Assembly (NCBI GenBank): GCA_964252035.1
Contig: OZ176210.1
Source: Podarcis erhardii
Lineage: Eukaryota
Direction: 5' to 3' (one strand)
DNA: 64,000 bases
Shown: piece after piece, positions 36,641 to 49,259 of the stretch
Numbering within the stretch: the first letter of the stretch is position 1
Layout: every line of letters begins with the position of its first letter
Notes under the pieces: generated by a model
What the model was told of the DNA's origin: nothing
The model's input: only the letters and a program-made list of their open reading frames with translations
Databases searched by the model: none
Translations under genes and position numbers: made by a program

Positions 36641-39600
36641 TGTTCCACAACTTACTTTCTACTCAAGTTGTTTTGGTCTTAAAACTGAAATATATGCCTT
36701 CCTGGTATTTTGCAGTGAAGTATGGGAAATTCCTGTAGCCTCATAGTTTTGACTATTTAATGCACGTTACGTGGGAAACCTAGATCAATATTTGCTGTGC
36801 AATAAAAACTTAAGGATAATATATTTGCTTGGACTGCTGAGACATAGTCAAAAAGAAAATAATTTAAGTTTAAATTTCTCTTATGAAATTCAGATGAATG
36901 TATTGTTTGTTAGGGTTACTAAATTTTCCACAATAGCACAACATAAAAGGAAATGATCATTCAAATAAATGTGGATTATACATTATCTGTGATTTTGGTG
37001 TACCTGTGGGGTCAGGATCAGCCCAAGATATTTTGCTGCCTGAGTTGAAGGAGAAGGTACCACCCTCACCCACCTCAATTTTGTGTACAGAAACTGACCA
37101 GATTAATCTGCTAGTTTTACATCTACACTGGCAATGGGACACAGCATCTGAGGGCAGCAGGCTAGCTGGGAGGGCACAGAGCCAGCCAAATGGCACATAC
37201 AGCTCTGTCTTGCTACTGCCTGGCTCCCAGCATTTGCTTCCTGAGGCAGCTGTTTCACTCTCCCTCTACCATTCACACAATTTTCTGCTCGGTATTTTTG
37301 CCTGGTGTTTCCTTGCTGCTGTTAGTGGTAGAAACATGCATGGCAATTACATGGATTATGGGAGTTGCAAAATCTGGGTACTGCTATTTGTGTGGAAATG
37401 AAAGGGGGGAAAGCCAAACAGAGAAGAATCCCCTGTAAAAAGCATGTTACCTGGTATTTTTAAAAGATCCAGTGCTTCAAGGGACAAGATGGCCATGGCT
37501 ACTCTTGTCTCTACTTCCCCCAGGCCTGTCAACCATCCATCCGTAAATGTGGCAAGAAATAGAAGCTACATCCATCTCATGTTTAGCTTCATTGTAGAAT
37601 TTTAAGGCACAGGTTGAATCTGATAACCATGTGGGGAAACAAATCAAAGTGACATGGGATTAACACAATATTTTGCCTTGTAATGGTGTGCATGCCATGA
37701 AAAAGAAGAGTAGGCAAAAGAAGAGTAGAAAGATTGGTATAAAACTGTGTAAAAGCACTACAGAAATTGAGGTTTTGATGTTGATCTAGAATTAGCCTAG
37801 ATGTGAACATACCCATAACAGTCTCCCACACACATCTCAATTGTGTAGGGCTGCAGACTTGCCCTTTTTAACTCTGCAGAAAACAATATATTCCCTGAGT
37901 AGCCTTGTTATTCACAATGACATTAGTTTCAATGAAAATCCTCCTCTTAAATTTCAATCCTTGCTTGGAATAAAAGAGGTGCATTTTCTTTTCAAATGTA
38001 TGTATTTATATGGTTTCTCAGGTCTGTCCTTGATCTGTCATTTACTTATGACCTTAGTATTAATCATTGCATTTATCTTTAAATGAATTCCCCTTTGACT
38101 CTACAGCACAATGTATTATTCCATGGCATCATCTTTTCTAATGTCCATTTTATACATCATGCTGTTTGTCCTGTCCCCACCCCCACCCCATCCCAAACCC
38201 TGCTGTGTGCATGTCTCAAGGAATTGTTGGGTTAATGCTCAGGTGGTTGTTTTGGCTGTTTCTCTGGTGCTTTGCATAATTTCATTTGATTAGTGGACTT
38301 TGCAAATAAGATATTATCTTGTTTAAATGTACCTAACATGAACTTGGGACACCAGTTGTCGTTTAATTCAATTCTAAGAATAAATGATCCATGTGGATTT
38401 ATTAAGCTATAAGATGCTTACAAAAAATAAATACTGTGTTTGAAAACAGAACAGCTTTAAAACCAGCTGCTGCAATGAGGCTTGACAGATTCACAATACT
38501 TTCAATTCACAATACTCTGTGCTTTTAACATTCACATAGAAAGGAGAAGTGTGTCAGATGCCTGTTCTCCTATTAGAGTACTGCAGTGGTAAGAAAACAA
38601 CACCAGTAGGTACAAATATTCTCCCTTGTTAAGCAATGAACAGTAAAATATGTCTACTCAGAAGTAAGCCTAATAAGATCAGTGGGCCTGAGTGCCAGGT
38701 AAATTCTTGATTCACATTGACAGCCTCAACACAAGCAGAAAGCACTGTTACGTTAAAGCTCAACATAGCTCCCAAAAAAGGACCAATTGTATGGACTGGT
38801 GCCTTGATATGAAGGCTGTCCTTATGCCTCCTTTATTTGCATAATCATGGCAGCCCTTTTGGATCCACCACAATCACATATCATAGCAGCTGTGTGGACA
38901 GCCTTCATGTGAAGACTCTGGTTCATGCAATGGTATACTCACTGCATGAGTCTGACAGCAGCCCACATGATGTTTGCTTTCAAGTGTGCTACTGACCAGA
39001 CCTAAGCCATATGTATCCTATTAGGTGAAGAGGCCCACTGCATGCTCATGGTATCTTTGCATATGTGTTCAGCAGTCTGTGTGGAGTCTTTATGAAGGAG
39101 TGGATTTGTTTTAGAATAAGTCCATCTTTTTATTTTACACAAAACAAGTTTTACTGGACTGAGTCATTAGTTCAGACGTGCTCTATGCAGCTGTATGTTA
39201 TGTCTGCCTTACTACCTGTTATTATCAGACTGAAGATCGTTTTAGAGCTACATGAGGGCAAATGCCTGCTTTACACTACAGCAATGAACCTCAGATCCCT
39301 GTTATGTGTGACCATATCATGCATGTGTTAGTGAGCACACATTTTTGACATATTAAACATTTAATGTGTAAGTGGACATTTTAATAGAACTGCTAACCGT
39401 ATGGTAACACTTAACAATATGTAGAGGACTAATCTGTATCCTCTAGCCTTATCATAAGCCTAGTATTACCAGGATCCCTGAATTTTCAAACAACTGTTGG
39501 AATGTAGTGGCACTGAACAACAGGAATAAAGGCAACAGCCAGCTTGCTATGTGAATCAAAATGCTTCAGTGGACGTTTAAAATTGCTATTCTATGAAACC

Positions 39601-39719
39601 TACAACATATCCCCTAACATGCAAGGTATGCATAGGCTATTTGCAGTATACTTCTAAATTATGTGTAATGTGACCCTAAGACTACGGAGAAAGAGAAAAA
39701 TACAAAAGGGTTTACTAAA

Positions 39720-40400
39720 AGCAAAAATTCTAATTGGAAAGAAATCAGCAGTAGAATATCCCTGTGACCATTCTTAGGCTGAAGTTTATTCAGTATTTTT
39801 ATTAGTAATAGAAAGAGAAGTAGGGGTGTTTTGATTAAATTTGCAGCTGATACTGAGCGAGGAGGCAGTGTCAATACAAGGAAGGATCAGGAAATTATGC
39901 AGACTGAAATAGATGATCTCATGAACTGGTGTAATAATAAAAATACAAGAAAATTCAATATGTGTAAGGTCATGCATTTGGGACTGTGGGCTCATCAAGT
40001 AGGAACAACTGGGGAAGAAAGAGATTTCAAGATACTGGGTGGTCACAGGGTGAACGTGAACTACCAATGTGGTGCTGATGCAAAGAGGAAAAAGTAAATT
40101 CTACAAGCTTATAAGGCAAAGTCTGTTCTTGGATTTATTAGGGTAGGAAACTTTTGTAGGAACAAAAGAATTATTGGTACCCTCATACTAGGTGCTGATA
40201 AGACCACATCTGGAAAAATGCTTCATGTTGGTTACCCGTTCAAATAAAAAATGTTCAAAATGGAATCCATGCAAAAAGCAATCAGGTTGGTTAAGTAATA
40301 TGTATTTTCTGAGTAGATGTTTCAAAGGTTTTGCCCCTTTAGCTTATAAAAAGGAGACTGGGAAGTGATATGACAGCACTATACAAATTTTGCTAGAGGA
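39720..40400 (+). mobile_element. Old CR1 LINE RT fragment
   Basis: Degenerate IKFAADT(KL)GG, CKVMHLG, VLIRPHLE and RRLRGDM-like motifs. Confidence 0.75.
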
Positions 40401-40852
40401 AGTAGTACAGAAAGGGAGATGAATTTAGGCTTTAAAAACCAGGCATATAACATCACTGGCTAAATATTTGAAATAAGCTTTTGTAAAAATTACAGGTCTC
40501 AACCCATGAAATAGTGTAGAACATACAGTAAGTTCACTTGGATTCATGATAGGGCCACCGCACTTCATATGGCAGCCATGCCTTTAGTGTAACCACTGAA
40601 TTTCTTCGTGTTTAAAGAGGGCTTGAAATTTTTTTTTTAAGGTTTCAGAAAATAACAAAGATAGGAAGCCCAAGATCCAGCATACCTGTCTGCTATACCA
40701 CATATCATATTCATTGTCTAGCAGGTAATATTCTGAGAATCTCCTATTCCCTTTCTTGTAAAGCCATGGTGAAGATTCACGTCACCAGTAAATGCACAAG
40801 CTGATTTCTGTGCCAGCACCTGAAATTAGACATTTTCTGCAAGAAGCCAACA

Positions 40853-40934
40853 ATGTTGTTGGACTACAACTCCCATCATCCATTAACACTGGTCATGCTG
40901 GCAGGGGCTTATAGCAATTGTAATCCAACAACAT
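40853..40934. repeat. Short palindromic squamate repeat (hairpin MITE)
   Basis: 19-bp arms atgttgttggactacaact / aattgtaatccaacaacat (17 of 19 complementary). Confidence 0.6.
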
Positions 40935-41445
40935 CTACAGAGATGTCCCTGTCAGTTGTTGTTGTTGTTGTTGTTGTTCCTAGTCCAATGCATCCAACTG
41001 AACTGAATTTAGTTGGATTGGCATAACCTGAAATAATTGAAAATTCCAATCATCATCAGGTCCTTGGAGAAATATTTTGATATTACCACTGTAGCGTATC
41101 AACCTAGGTATGTTATCTGCAGATGAAGATTTGTATTGAAATCTTCTTTTCTGCACAGCAGGACAAGCTTTTGTTTTACATAGCTTGTATACTCCACAAC
41201 AGGGGCTCATTGTCCTACAGAAACTTGTAAACTCTGCGGAAGGAGCACTTTGTCCTGCACAGTAGGCAAACACCTACTCAGGCAATCTCCAGGTGTAAAT
41301 TATAGCATCTTTAATCTCAGTGCCCTATACCAAAAGAGACTGTAATACTCAGAAGAGGAGTTTCAGGAGTTTCTGGGAGCAGCAGCAACAACAAAATAAT
41401 TTAAATTGAATTTCTGCCCCTGTCATGAAAAAGGCCAGAAATGTT

Positions 41446-41483
41446 TAATAATAGTAGTAGTAATAGTAGTAGTAGTAGTAGTA

Positions 41484-41540
<57 letters not shown>
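41446..41540. repeat. Compound (TAG)n/(TAA)n microsatellite
   Basis: Direct inspection. Confidence 0.95.
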
Positions 41541-41992
41541 TAAAGTGCAGCTGTTTATTATTTTGCACATTTGCTAGTGATAGCAGTTTTCTGGAAATAT
41601 AAAACTCAGTCATACTTAGCTTTCTTCCTGCTTAAGGTTAGAATCTAGTACACACTTCTTGTAGAGTAAGCCCCACTGAAATCTAAATAAACATGCAAAG
41701 AATTGCACTGTAGATGTCTAACATCTCAGTATTTCCCCCCACTCCTATTAATGCTTATTTTGCTTTCCATTTTGTAGATATTTTCCTAATTTAACATTAA
41801 CACATTTATTTACTATTCCAGGTTGTTAATGATGTTTTTAAAACATGATCCTAATACTTTTAAAACATGAGCCTAATACTTTGCCCAATCCCACTGAAGT
41901 TAATTGCATATTTTCAACTGTCTTCAGAATAGTCATGATTTTACTCTGGAATCCTGGGCCTAAACATGAACTCTAGCTTGTCCGCCTATGTC

Positions 41993-42051
41993 ATTAAAAC
42001 TATATTAAAACTATATTAAAACTATATATATTAAAACTGTATTAAAACTAT
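41993..42051. repeat. 11-bp tandem repeat ATTAAAACTAT, about 5 copies
   Basis: Direct inspection; imperfect copies. Confidence 0.85.
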
Positions 42052-42166
42052 CCTATTCCGTCACACAGTAAATCTAAGACAAGCACTTGTGATATGATTT
42101 ATTCCCAGTTGTTGAGAGAATATTTGTAAGATGTTACAGTTGGCCCAACACACCTGCAGAGCCATT

Positions 42167-42167
<1 letters not shown>

Positions 42168-42210
<43 letters not shown>
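42168..42210. repeat. (TAA)n microsatellite
   Basis: Direct inspection. Confidence 0.95.
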
Positions 42211-43855
42211 CACCTCCCCAAAGAAGCATAGGCAAGTAATGCTTAGAAATACTTCTGTGTGTACAACATTTTCTGAATTATTCCCTTCACATGCAAAAAG
42301 ATGCTAAAATCTAACACTTTCAATATTCAGAATGGCATGCACTGTCCTGCTGGACACACCATGCAAGAGAGTCAGCATCCCAGGTGATTTATTCACCTTC
42401 TTTCCCCAGCAGCTTGTACAGTTCTGCCAGACCAAGGCAAGAAGAACCTTACATGCATTCTAGTGCTGCACATGAGGTTCTCTGGATTGGGGTCACTGCA
42501 TATGACCTTCTAATTCTAGAAATGTTGCTTCTGCCCCTAGTTATCTAGCTCTGCCTATATACAAATGGGAGGTAATGGAAACTTCTCAACCCACTAGGTT
42601 AATAATACTGCAGTTCTTTATGCATATCTCCAGGAAAACCATTACTGTACTGGACAAACAGAAAATCATCCATGTTACTGCCTAGACATTTAGTAATTCA
42701 GTGTGATATAATTATTGACATGTCTACTTCTATTTATTCCTAAATTTCACATTACCTTGTAGGTATGTGTGGATTTCCCCCTTTTAAGAATACCATTATT
42801 ATTTTCTCTGAATTGCAATCAAATTTGCCACAAGTGATTTCTTCTTCTTCTTCTTTTAAATTATACAGTAGTTGCTTCCCACCCACACCAGTGCTCTGGC
42901 ATCTTCCTGATTCTGCATGAGTTTTCAGAAATAATTGCCAGTAGTTCAGCAAATTCATTAACTAATTCCCTTACGACTCTGTGATGCTTGTCATCCAGAC
43001 CTGCTGATTTGTATATTATTTTTTTCTAAGTATTCCCACATCTGTGTATTTTTTTTCAAATCCAACAGCTATATTGACAAGGTCTCCATTGTTCATCAGT
43101 ACTACTTTTCTGTATTTTTAGACTGATATTAAAACTATCTACTATCTTACCCCTTTTAGACAAATTAAATCATTCATTAGTAGATCCGCTTTGTGTTTAC
43201 TATTTTTCACTTAGTATTTTAAAAATTATTGCTTCCTTTGGCTAGCATGGCTCCATTTTGCATTTCTTCTGCCTTCATCTTTAAATTGCTACATTTTAAA
43301 TTGCCTCAGATTTTAAAATGGCCGCCTTGAAAATTAATGATTTCCAAAGCAGTTATTTTCTACCCTCATATATTGAAACAGTCCCCTGTGAAACTACATG
43401 AGCTCTTCATGTTCAGTGCTTCTGGTACAATTGAAAAATCTTAAGGGTAGCAAGATTCTAGGTTGTTCTTACCTTCTCCCACTCATTGATTTTAATACAC
43501 CCTCTCATTACACCATACTTCTCAGATTGCTTAAATCCCATAAGGTTTATTCCTTGAAGTTGTTTTTGTGGCTTTATTCTATTGCATTGCTCAGTGTGGC
43601 TGCACTGAATTTGAATAGTTTTTATTCACTTGGTACAAATATTTCATATTTCAGCCTCCAGTTTTGTCCTTCAGCAAAGAACTTATACTAATAGCTGCCT
43701 CTCCCAATGATTTCAGTCAGTTCAGCTACGTGGTAATCAGTGACTTTGATCATAGACATCTACCTACATTTTGTCAACCAAGCATTTCACGAAGTTCCTA
43801 TATAAAAACAATAGGCTAGATAGGAATTAGGAAACCTCAGTTAGCTATTGCCTTA

Positions 43856-43934
43856 GGCTGCAATCCTAACTCCGCTTACTAGGAGTAAGCCTCACTGAGT
43901 AAGACTTACTCCTGAGAAGACATGGTTGGGATTG
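43856..43934. repeat. Short palindromic dispersed repeat (ggctgcaatcct...ggattg type)
   Basis: Internal perfect inverted repeat AGGAGTAAG / CTTACTCCT; related remnants elsewhere in the window. Confidence 0.5.
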
Positions 43935-46168
43935 AATTTTTTGTTACCATAAATTTTCATAAGAAAAAAGAATGGAGGGCACTGCCAAAACTAGCCAAAA
44001 AAAGCAAAGAGAGGAGGTGAGACTCCAGAGTCCAGCAGGTGCCAGAACAGAGGACTTTTTGTAAATGAAGTTTTTATGAGCTTGTTCCTCAGGGACAGCA
44101 ATGCAAGTTCTTCTATATCAAAAGATGCTTTTGAAGCAATTTCGTTGTCGAAGCTTCATTGTCCCTAGAAATGTGCTGCTGAAGTCCAGTGTCTTCTTAA
44201 TTTTACATTAGCTGAAAAGTGGATTGGATAGCCATATACAGGTGCACTGTAATTTGATTTCCTGGTTCCTGATCCCAGAAATAATACATGCCAAAAGAAT
44301 CCTGCTTTCCTACATTGATTCCCTAACTTATATTAGTAGCAGAGCCATGGGGGGGCAGATAAAATGTTGTTCTCGTTCCTCTTCCTTTGTCCCTCCGTGG
44401 ATATTTTTTTATGTCCCATGCAAAATTCTGTGTAGAAAATGGACTGCACTTGTATTCCTATCCAAAGTTTACTATCTGGTTCACTGTGATTTTGATCAAT
44501 ATTTTAACACATTACTTTATTCTCTTTATTGTGAGAATAAATAATATTGTGCAAATATTTCATTTACCATGAAATGACTTATGCCTATTATTTCCTGCTA
44601 CTATTTGGAGATATATTTTTGCCTCCTGCTCATTTCCATTTGGCAAAATTGTTATATAATGAGAAAATCAGATCAATGGAACATTCCATGGATGGTGGCC
44701 ATAATGTTTTACTGTGAAATCCTGGAAAGATGTGCTACTCTTTTTTCCCTCTCTCTCTCTGATAGTTAACCATGAATATCTATGAGCAAAATGTGACATC
44801 TCAAATGTTATGAAGGGTCAGCATTTATACTTGACAATATGAGAGGACTAAGATTTTAGAGCAATCCTAGTCAAGCAACAGATCATCATAATTGTAGAAA
44901 CTAAAAAGTCATTGTAGCGATTGTACCACAAGGGAAATTGTTCATCCATCAGTAAGATTGTTACAAGGTAAGAGACAATGAGGAAAGGGAGTTAAAATTG
45001 CTTTAGCCCATTGAGTCATCAGTTCCCTCTAGATTCAAAAGCCTGAATTGGTTTTGGAGAGAAGTGGCATAAGAGGATTGCTACGGGAAATCTTAACAAG
45101 TTGATCATAGTCTCAGTAACACTAGCAAGTGTAAGTATGATCTCTCCTAAGGAAAAGTGTAGGTTACATATTGAAGGAGAGAGAAAAGGATGGGAGTACA
45201 ATTAGCACATGTCTTCTCTCACTTTTTTTTGGTCATGTGTATTTGGAAGATGGCTGTTCACAAAGGAAAACAGATGTGATAAATAGTGAAACATTCCCAT
45301 CACTCTGCAAGTAATTTATTGTAAATGTAGGCCTATATTTACAAATGAATGTATACTGGCTTATGAGAGAGAGATCAGTGGCAACATAAAGGGATAAATG
45401 TTAGTTGTACTATGGATGTGGAAGATGTGGAAAATATTTGTGCAGAGTAGCATCCTACAGTACTAATATGTAAGATTAAAAATTGTGAATGGAGATTATT
45501 GACTACCTTTGTGTTCTGCTTAAACGCAATTAGAAGTGGGGACAATAATGTAATTGTGGCTACCTGTTTAAGAGAGTGTATAAAGTGGCCAATTGTCTTT
45601 TTGCAATTTTAGTCTATTTGCTAAAACTTACAAGATATGTGCGCCAGATTTATCTATGGGCAGGTGTGATATCTTTGAAAAAGTGCTATCTATCTTTTTC
45701 TTTGTGTTACAAGGAATTCTTTGTGCCCGTAAAGTCCCCAGGATGTTTGCTGTGATACAAAGCCATTTGTTTTAAAGGTGCTTGTATGTGATGGTTAATG
45801 CATTTTATAAAAGGCATCTGTGGAAGTGATATCCTTCTTTGAAGTGACCTGCCTTAAGTGTTAAGAGTGTAGGGGAATATATGTGCAAATTAGATTTGAA
45901 AAGCAAACCTCTGCGGTGGGATGTATATGCACTGTAGAAGGGTCTTTGTGTAATAGTTGCCTCTGGAAAGGGATCTCTTTATGGGAGTAGTAAGAATGTT
46001 GGTTTTGTAAGGAAGTGGCTTTGCAACTACCATTGGTATGATCCAGCAGGGACTCAGAATATATATTTTTTGTATCACTCCCATCCCAGAGACACCCAAC
46101 CACCCATCAGGAAAGCTCTCCTTCAGGGTAGGCCAGGGCCATCATGTCCTTTATTGTTGTAACTCCCA

Positions 46169-46340
46169 NNNNNNNNNNNNNNNNNNNNNNNNNNNNNNNN
46201 NNNNNNNNNNNNNNNNNNNNNNNNNNNNNNNNNNNNNNNNNNNNNNNNNNNNNNNNNNNNNNNNNNNNNNNNNNNNNNNNNNNNNNNNNNNNNNNNNNNN
46301 NNNNNNNNNNNNNNNNNNNNNNNNNNNNNNNNNNNNNNNN
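46169..46340. other. Assembly gap
   Basis: N run. Confidence 1.
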
Positions 46341-46601
46341 CCTGGGATCTGGAGGCTTCCCAGCAGCATCTCTGCATAATTGTGTTATATAGGGAAGGCT
46401 CTGAACTCTTTCAGGGCATCTGGTTGCTGGGTATTGGGGGGGATTATTAGATGCTGTTACTGTTTGGTTTATGAAAGAAACATGCAGGGGAGTAAAAGGT
46501 TTTGGGACTCCTTAGCCAATCAGTGTGAGAGAGGAAAAGCATATGTCAAGAACAATGATCCCAGATCCATCTCACTTTTCCAGAATACAGATTTATGGTG
46601 C

Positions 46602-46604
<3 letters not shown>

Positions 46605-46649
<45 letters not shown>
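46605..46649. repeat. (TA)n microsatellite
   Basis: Direct inspection. Confidence 0.95.
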
Positions 46650-46651
<2 letters not shown>

Positions 46652-48016
46652 TAAGAGATTTAATCTGTGTTTTTGCAGGTGTGGGAGACCATCACCATAA
46701 CCACATACATTTGGTTTATTGAAAGAGAGGCTTTATCTAAGTGGATATGAGTGTTTTAAGCAGAAAAAAGTTGTTTCTCGGTCTGTTCACTTGATTCTTG
46801 CTTGTAGAAGAGTGAAATGTCTGGCCATACAGGAAAGTGTACCTAATTAAGCAGCTGTCATTTGGGAACAAGAAACACTGGAGAAAAGAAGTTACGGTAC
46901 TACTTCTGTTTGAAAGGCACCCCAGCTTTCCTAAAACAAGGTCACATATATTGCTGCCTGAGAGTGCCTTGCTAATCAAGCCACTTAAGTGTTCAGCTTC
47001 CCAAGGTTCTGTTCCATCAAAAATTGGGAATATAAACATAATAGGATGATCAGACTGCCAAAGGGCATTACTCCTACATCCTTACTCTTTGCAGACAAGA
47101 TTTTTGCATGTTCAGCTTGTCAAGCATCTGCATCTGCATCTGCCAAAATATCTGTTACTATGTAACTGTTGCAGGTATAGGAGAGGCTCTGCCCCTGCCC
47201 CTAGTAGATGAGGATATTAGATTTGGACCAATGAGGCATGTATCCACTAAGTCTCCCACGTTTTCTCTTAAGTTTATTTCAGAACTATTAGCTTTCAGAC
47301 CTGATTTCCTCTCTATAAAATGTGAATAACTGTGTAGGTTTGTTGTAAGGGCAGTATCTTGAACTTTAAAACAAATGAAAATGAAAATAATTAATCCCAT
47401 TGGGAATCATCTAAATAGTTGGTGGAGAAAAGAGGCAGACAGGATACTTAGTACCAAACCGGAATCCTACCCCTTTTCAGTGAGAGCCCTTTTCCTGTCT
47501 TAAGGCTGGTTAACAACTCCTTTCCCCTCCCTGGGGCTTAATTTGAGTCAAGAGTTCAGAAGCTCTTTTCAGTGCCAAGCTGCAGGCCTGGTGAAGCATG
47601 TGCAGAATGCTCCTCTCGCAGTGGTGAGTTGCCACAATCAGCCTTGGCACGGGCAGCCTGGATGAGAGGGCAGGCCTTGCGGGCTGCCAGGCTTCAGAAA
47701 ACCCCTCTCCCGTGCCCGGATGGAGAGCGTAACCTTTCACAGCCCCAGGCCTGGCTGCGCACTTACGCAGAACAAGCACGGCCCCCTTGATGCCACGGGC
47801 ATGCACTCCCGGGCCAGGGTGCGCAGGATTCCAGCCTGGGTGCCCTTTCGCCAAGAGGGGGGGGGGTCCGGGAGGGCGGGGGCGAAGCTGCCTTGGCCGC
47901 CGCCTGCGTCCCGCTCCTCCACTTGCCCCCTGCGGCTCGCTGTCGTGGGGGGCGGAGTGTCTTCCTCCCCCTCCTCCTCCCCCTCCTCCTCCCCCCCCTC
48001 CGCCCGAGTGGCAGGC

Positions 48017-48052
48017 AGTGACGCTGTGCTTCTCCTTCCTTGTGTGTTGCAG
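48017..48052 (+). other. FAM172A: 3' splice site of the last FAM172A intron (branch point, polypyrimidine tract, AG)
   Basis: gtgAc branch-like motif (A at 48021), then gctgtgcttctccttccttgtgtgttgcAG with no intervening AG. Confidence 0.8.
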
Positions 48053-48195
48053 GCACGGAGCGGCACGAGCTGACCTCGTGGAAGAGCTACGCGTCGATCT
48101 TCCGCTTCTTCGGCGACGCCATGGAGGCGAAGAGCAGCTCGGGCAAAGCGGCTCCGACGCGCCGCTCGCAGCGGATCCGCTACGAGGAGCTGTAA
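48053..48195 (+). CDS. FAM172A: Terminal coding exon of FAM172A (ARB2A, Arb2-domain cotranscriptional regulator); phase-1 start, TAA stop at 48193-48195
   Basis: After AG at 48051-48052 the frame reads (G)[46 protein letters not shown]. This matches the human FAM172A C-terminus as I recall it ([27 protein letters not shown]...TRRSHRIKHEEL). Not in the ORF track because it has no own ATG start. Confidence 0.93.
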
Positions 48196-48222
48196 CCGGG
48201 CGGGAGGCGGGCGGGAGCCGGC

Positions 48223-48262
48223 GCCTGCTTGCCTGCCTGCCCGCCTGCCTGCCTGCCTGCCT
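48223..48262 (+). repeat. (CCTG)n-like tetranucleotide repeat just after the FAM172A stop
   Basis: gcctgcttgcctgcctgcccgcctgcctgcctgcctgcc. Confidence 0.85.
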
Positions 48263-48736
48263 TCCAGTCTGGGCGGCGGCGCTCGGCAGTCCCAGCCCCT
48301 CATTAGATTGTTTTCTTCCTAGAGCACAGGGTCGCCGTGTCTACATCTAAGTAGCGTTTTGCATTATTTCTAGATGAGTGCAACTGTCAAAGCAATATGG
48401 GTTCACTGGTTGTGCTTCCTGTGGGCTGCGGCGGGGATTTCGGGCTGCCCATCAGTGCGCAGATTAAGGCTGACAGCAGCACCGCACCGCGCAGCCTGGT
48501 GCAGCTCTAATTGCCCTGACAGAGCCCGGCACCGAGCTGATGGCGGGCCGGCGCGGCGCCTCCGGGTCCTAGCGCCCTGCCCTTCCTCGCCCCTCCCCGC
48601 CGTCGGAGCTCACATTTCGTTCGCCTTGATTTTAATGGTGGACTTCCCAAGTCTCGCTAACCAAGGTCCCGCCCACGCGTTAGGCTCTTTAATGATTTCC
48701 CACAAACGCTTTGGGCGGTGTTTTTAAAATTATAAT

Positions 48737-48780
48737 AATAAAATGCTTCCGTGCTTTTTAAATTCAGGGGCTCTAATAAA
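48737..48780 (+). terminator. Possible proximal poly(A) signals
   Basis: AATAAA at 48737-48742 and 48775-48780; downstream U/GU element is weak. Confidence 0.25.
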
Positions 48781-49259
48781 CTGTATTGACACAATGGTAG
48801 CGATCCTAAGCCCTGCACGTCTATGAGACTTACGTGTCGCGTCAATGTGTTTAGGATGCGCGTGTAACTCCAGCAATGGCTATTTTACTCTTTCTACTTC
48901 AGGCTGCGGAGAGGCTGTGCCACCCAAACTGAAACCATACATTTAATCAGTGGGTGCTTTGTTTGGTGTTTATTAATGAGGAAGACTTGAGCGACTTCAG
49001 CAAATCTGAACATGGAAAGAGGACTTAATTTTACTTCCAAATGCGCCAGAACTACCGAGCGCTCTTTGCTTGTGTGGTTCCTAGGGAGTTTGCTGAGTCA
49101 TTTTAAAAAAAACCCTAAAAGGATGTTTTAGCGACAAATGTAATATAGAGCAAATAATACCAGTATTTAAAATGTTGCTTCTAATACTTGGTTGAAACGT
49201 TTATTTTTTATTCTAACAGAATCTCTATTTTGTGACAAATCAGATACCGAAGAACTTTT

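Larger units (their letters stand above)
1..48052 (+). other. FAM172A: Distal part of the very long last intron of FAM172A
   Basis: No upstream FAM172A exon (expected NCCNWVSSSEPLD...PRVSA) seen in the readable sequence. N gaps could in principle hide one. Confidence 0.7.
47590..48720. promoter_or_regulatory. CpG island spanning the FAM172A terminal exon
   Basis: Abrupt switch from AT-rich, CpG-poor intron to very GC- and CpG-dense sequence; boundaries judged by eye. Confidence 0.85.

Noticed and set aside
1-48052. Penultimate FAM172A exon, or a POU5F2-like retrogene as in mammals
   Set aside because: No NCCNWV/DCPRVSAG peptide or POU domain in any frame of the readable sequence.
48193-48306. 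Stop-codon readthrough of FAM172A
   Set aside because: Stop is TAA-C rather than the leaky TGA-CTAG context, and the extension would be translated simple repeat.
47510-48727. Many overlapping 70-190 aa ORFs on both strands around the terminal exon
   Set aside because: Expected in very GC-rich DNA with few stop codons; Arg/Ala/Gly/Pro low-complexity products. The only homology-supported frame is the FAM172A exon.
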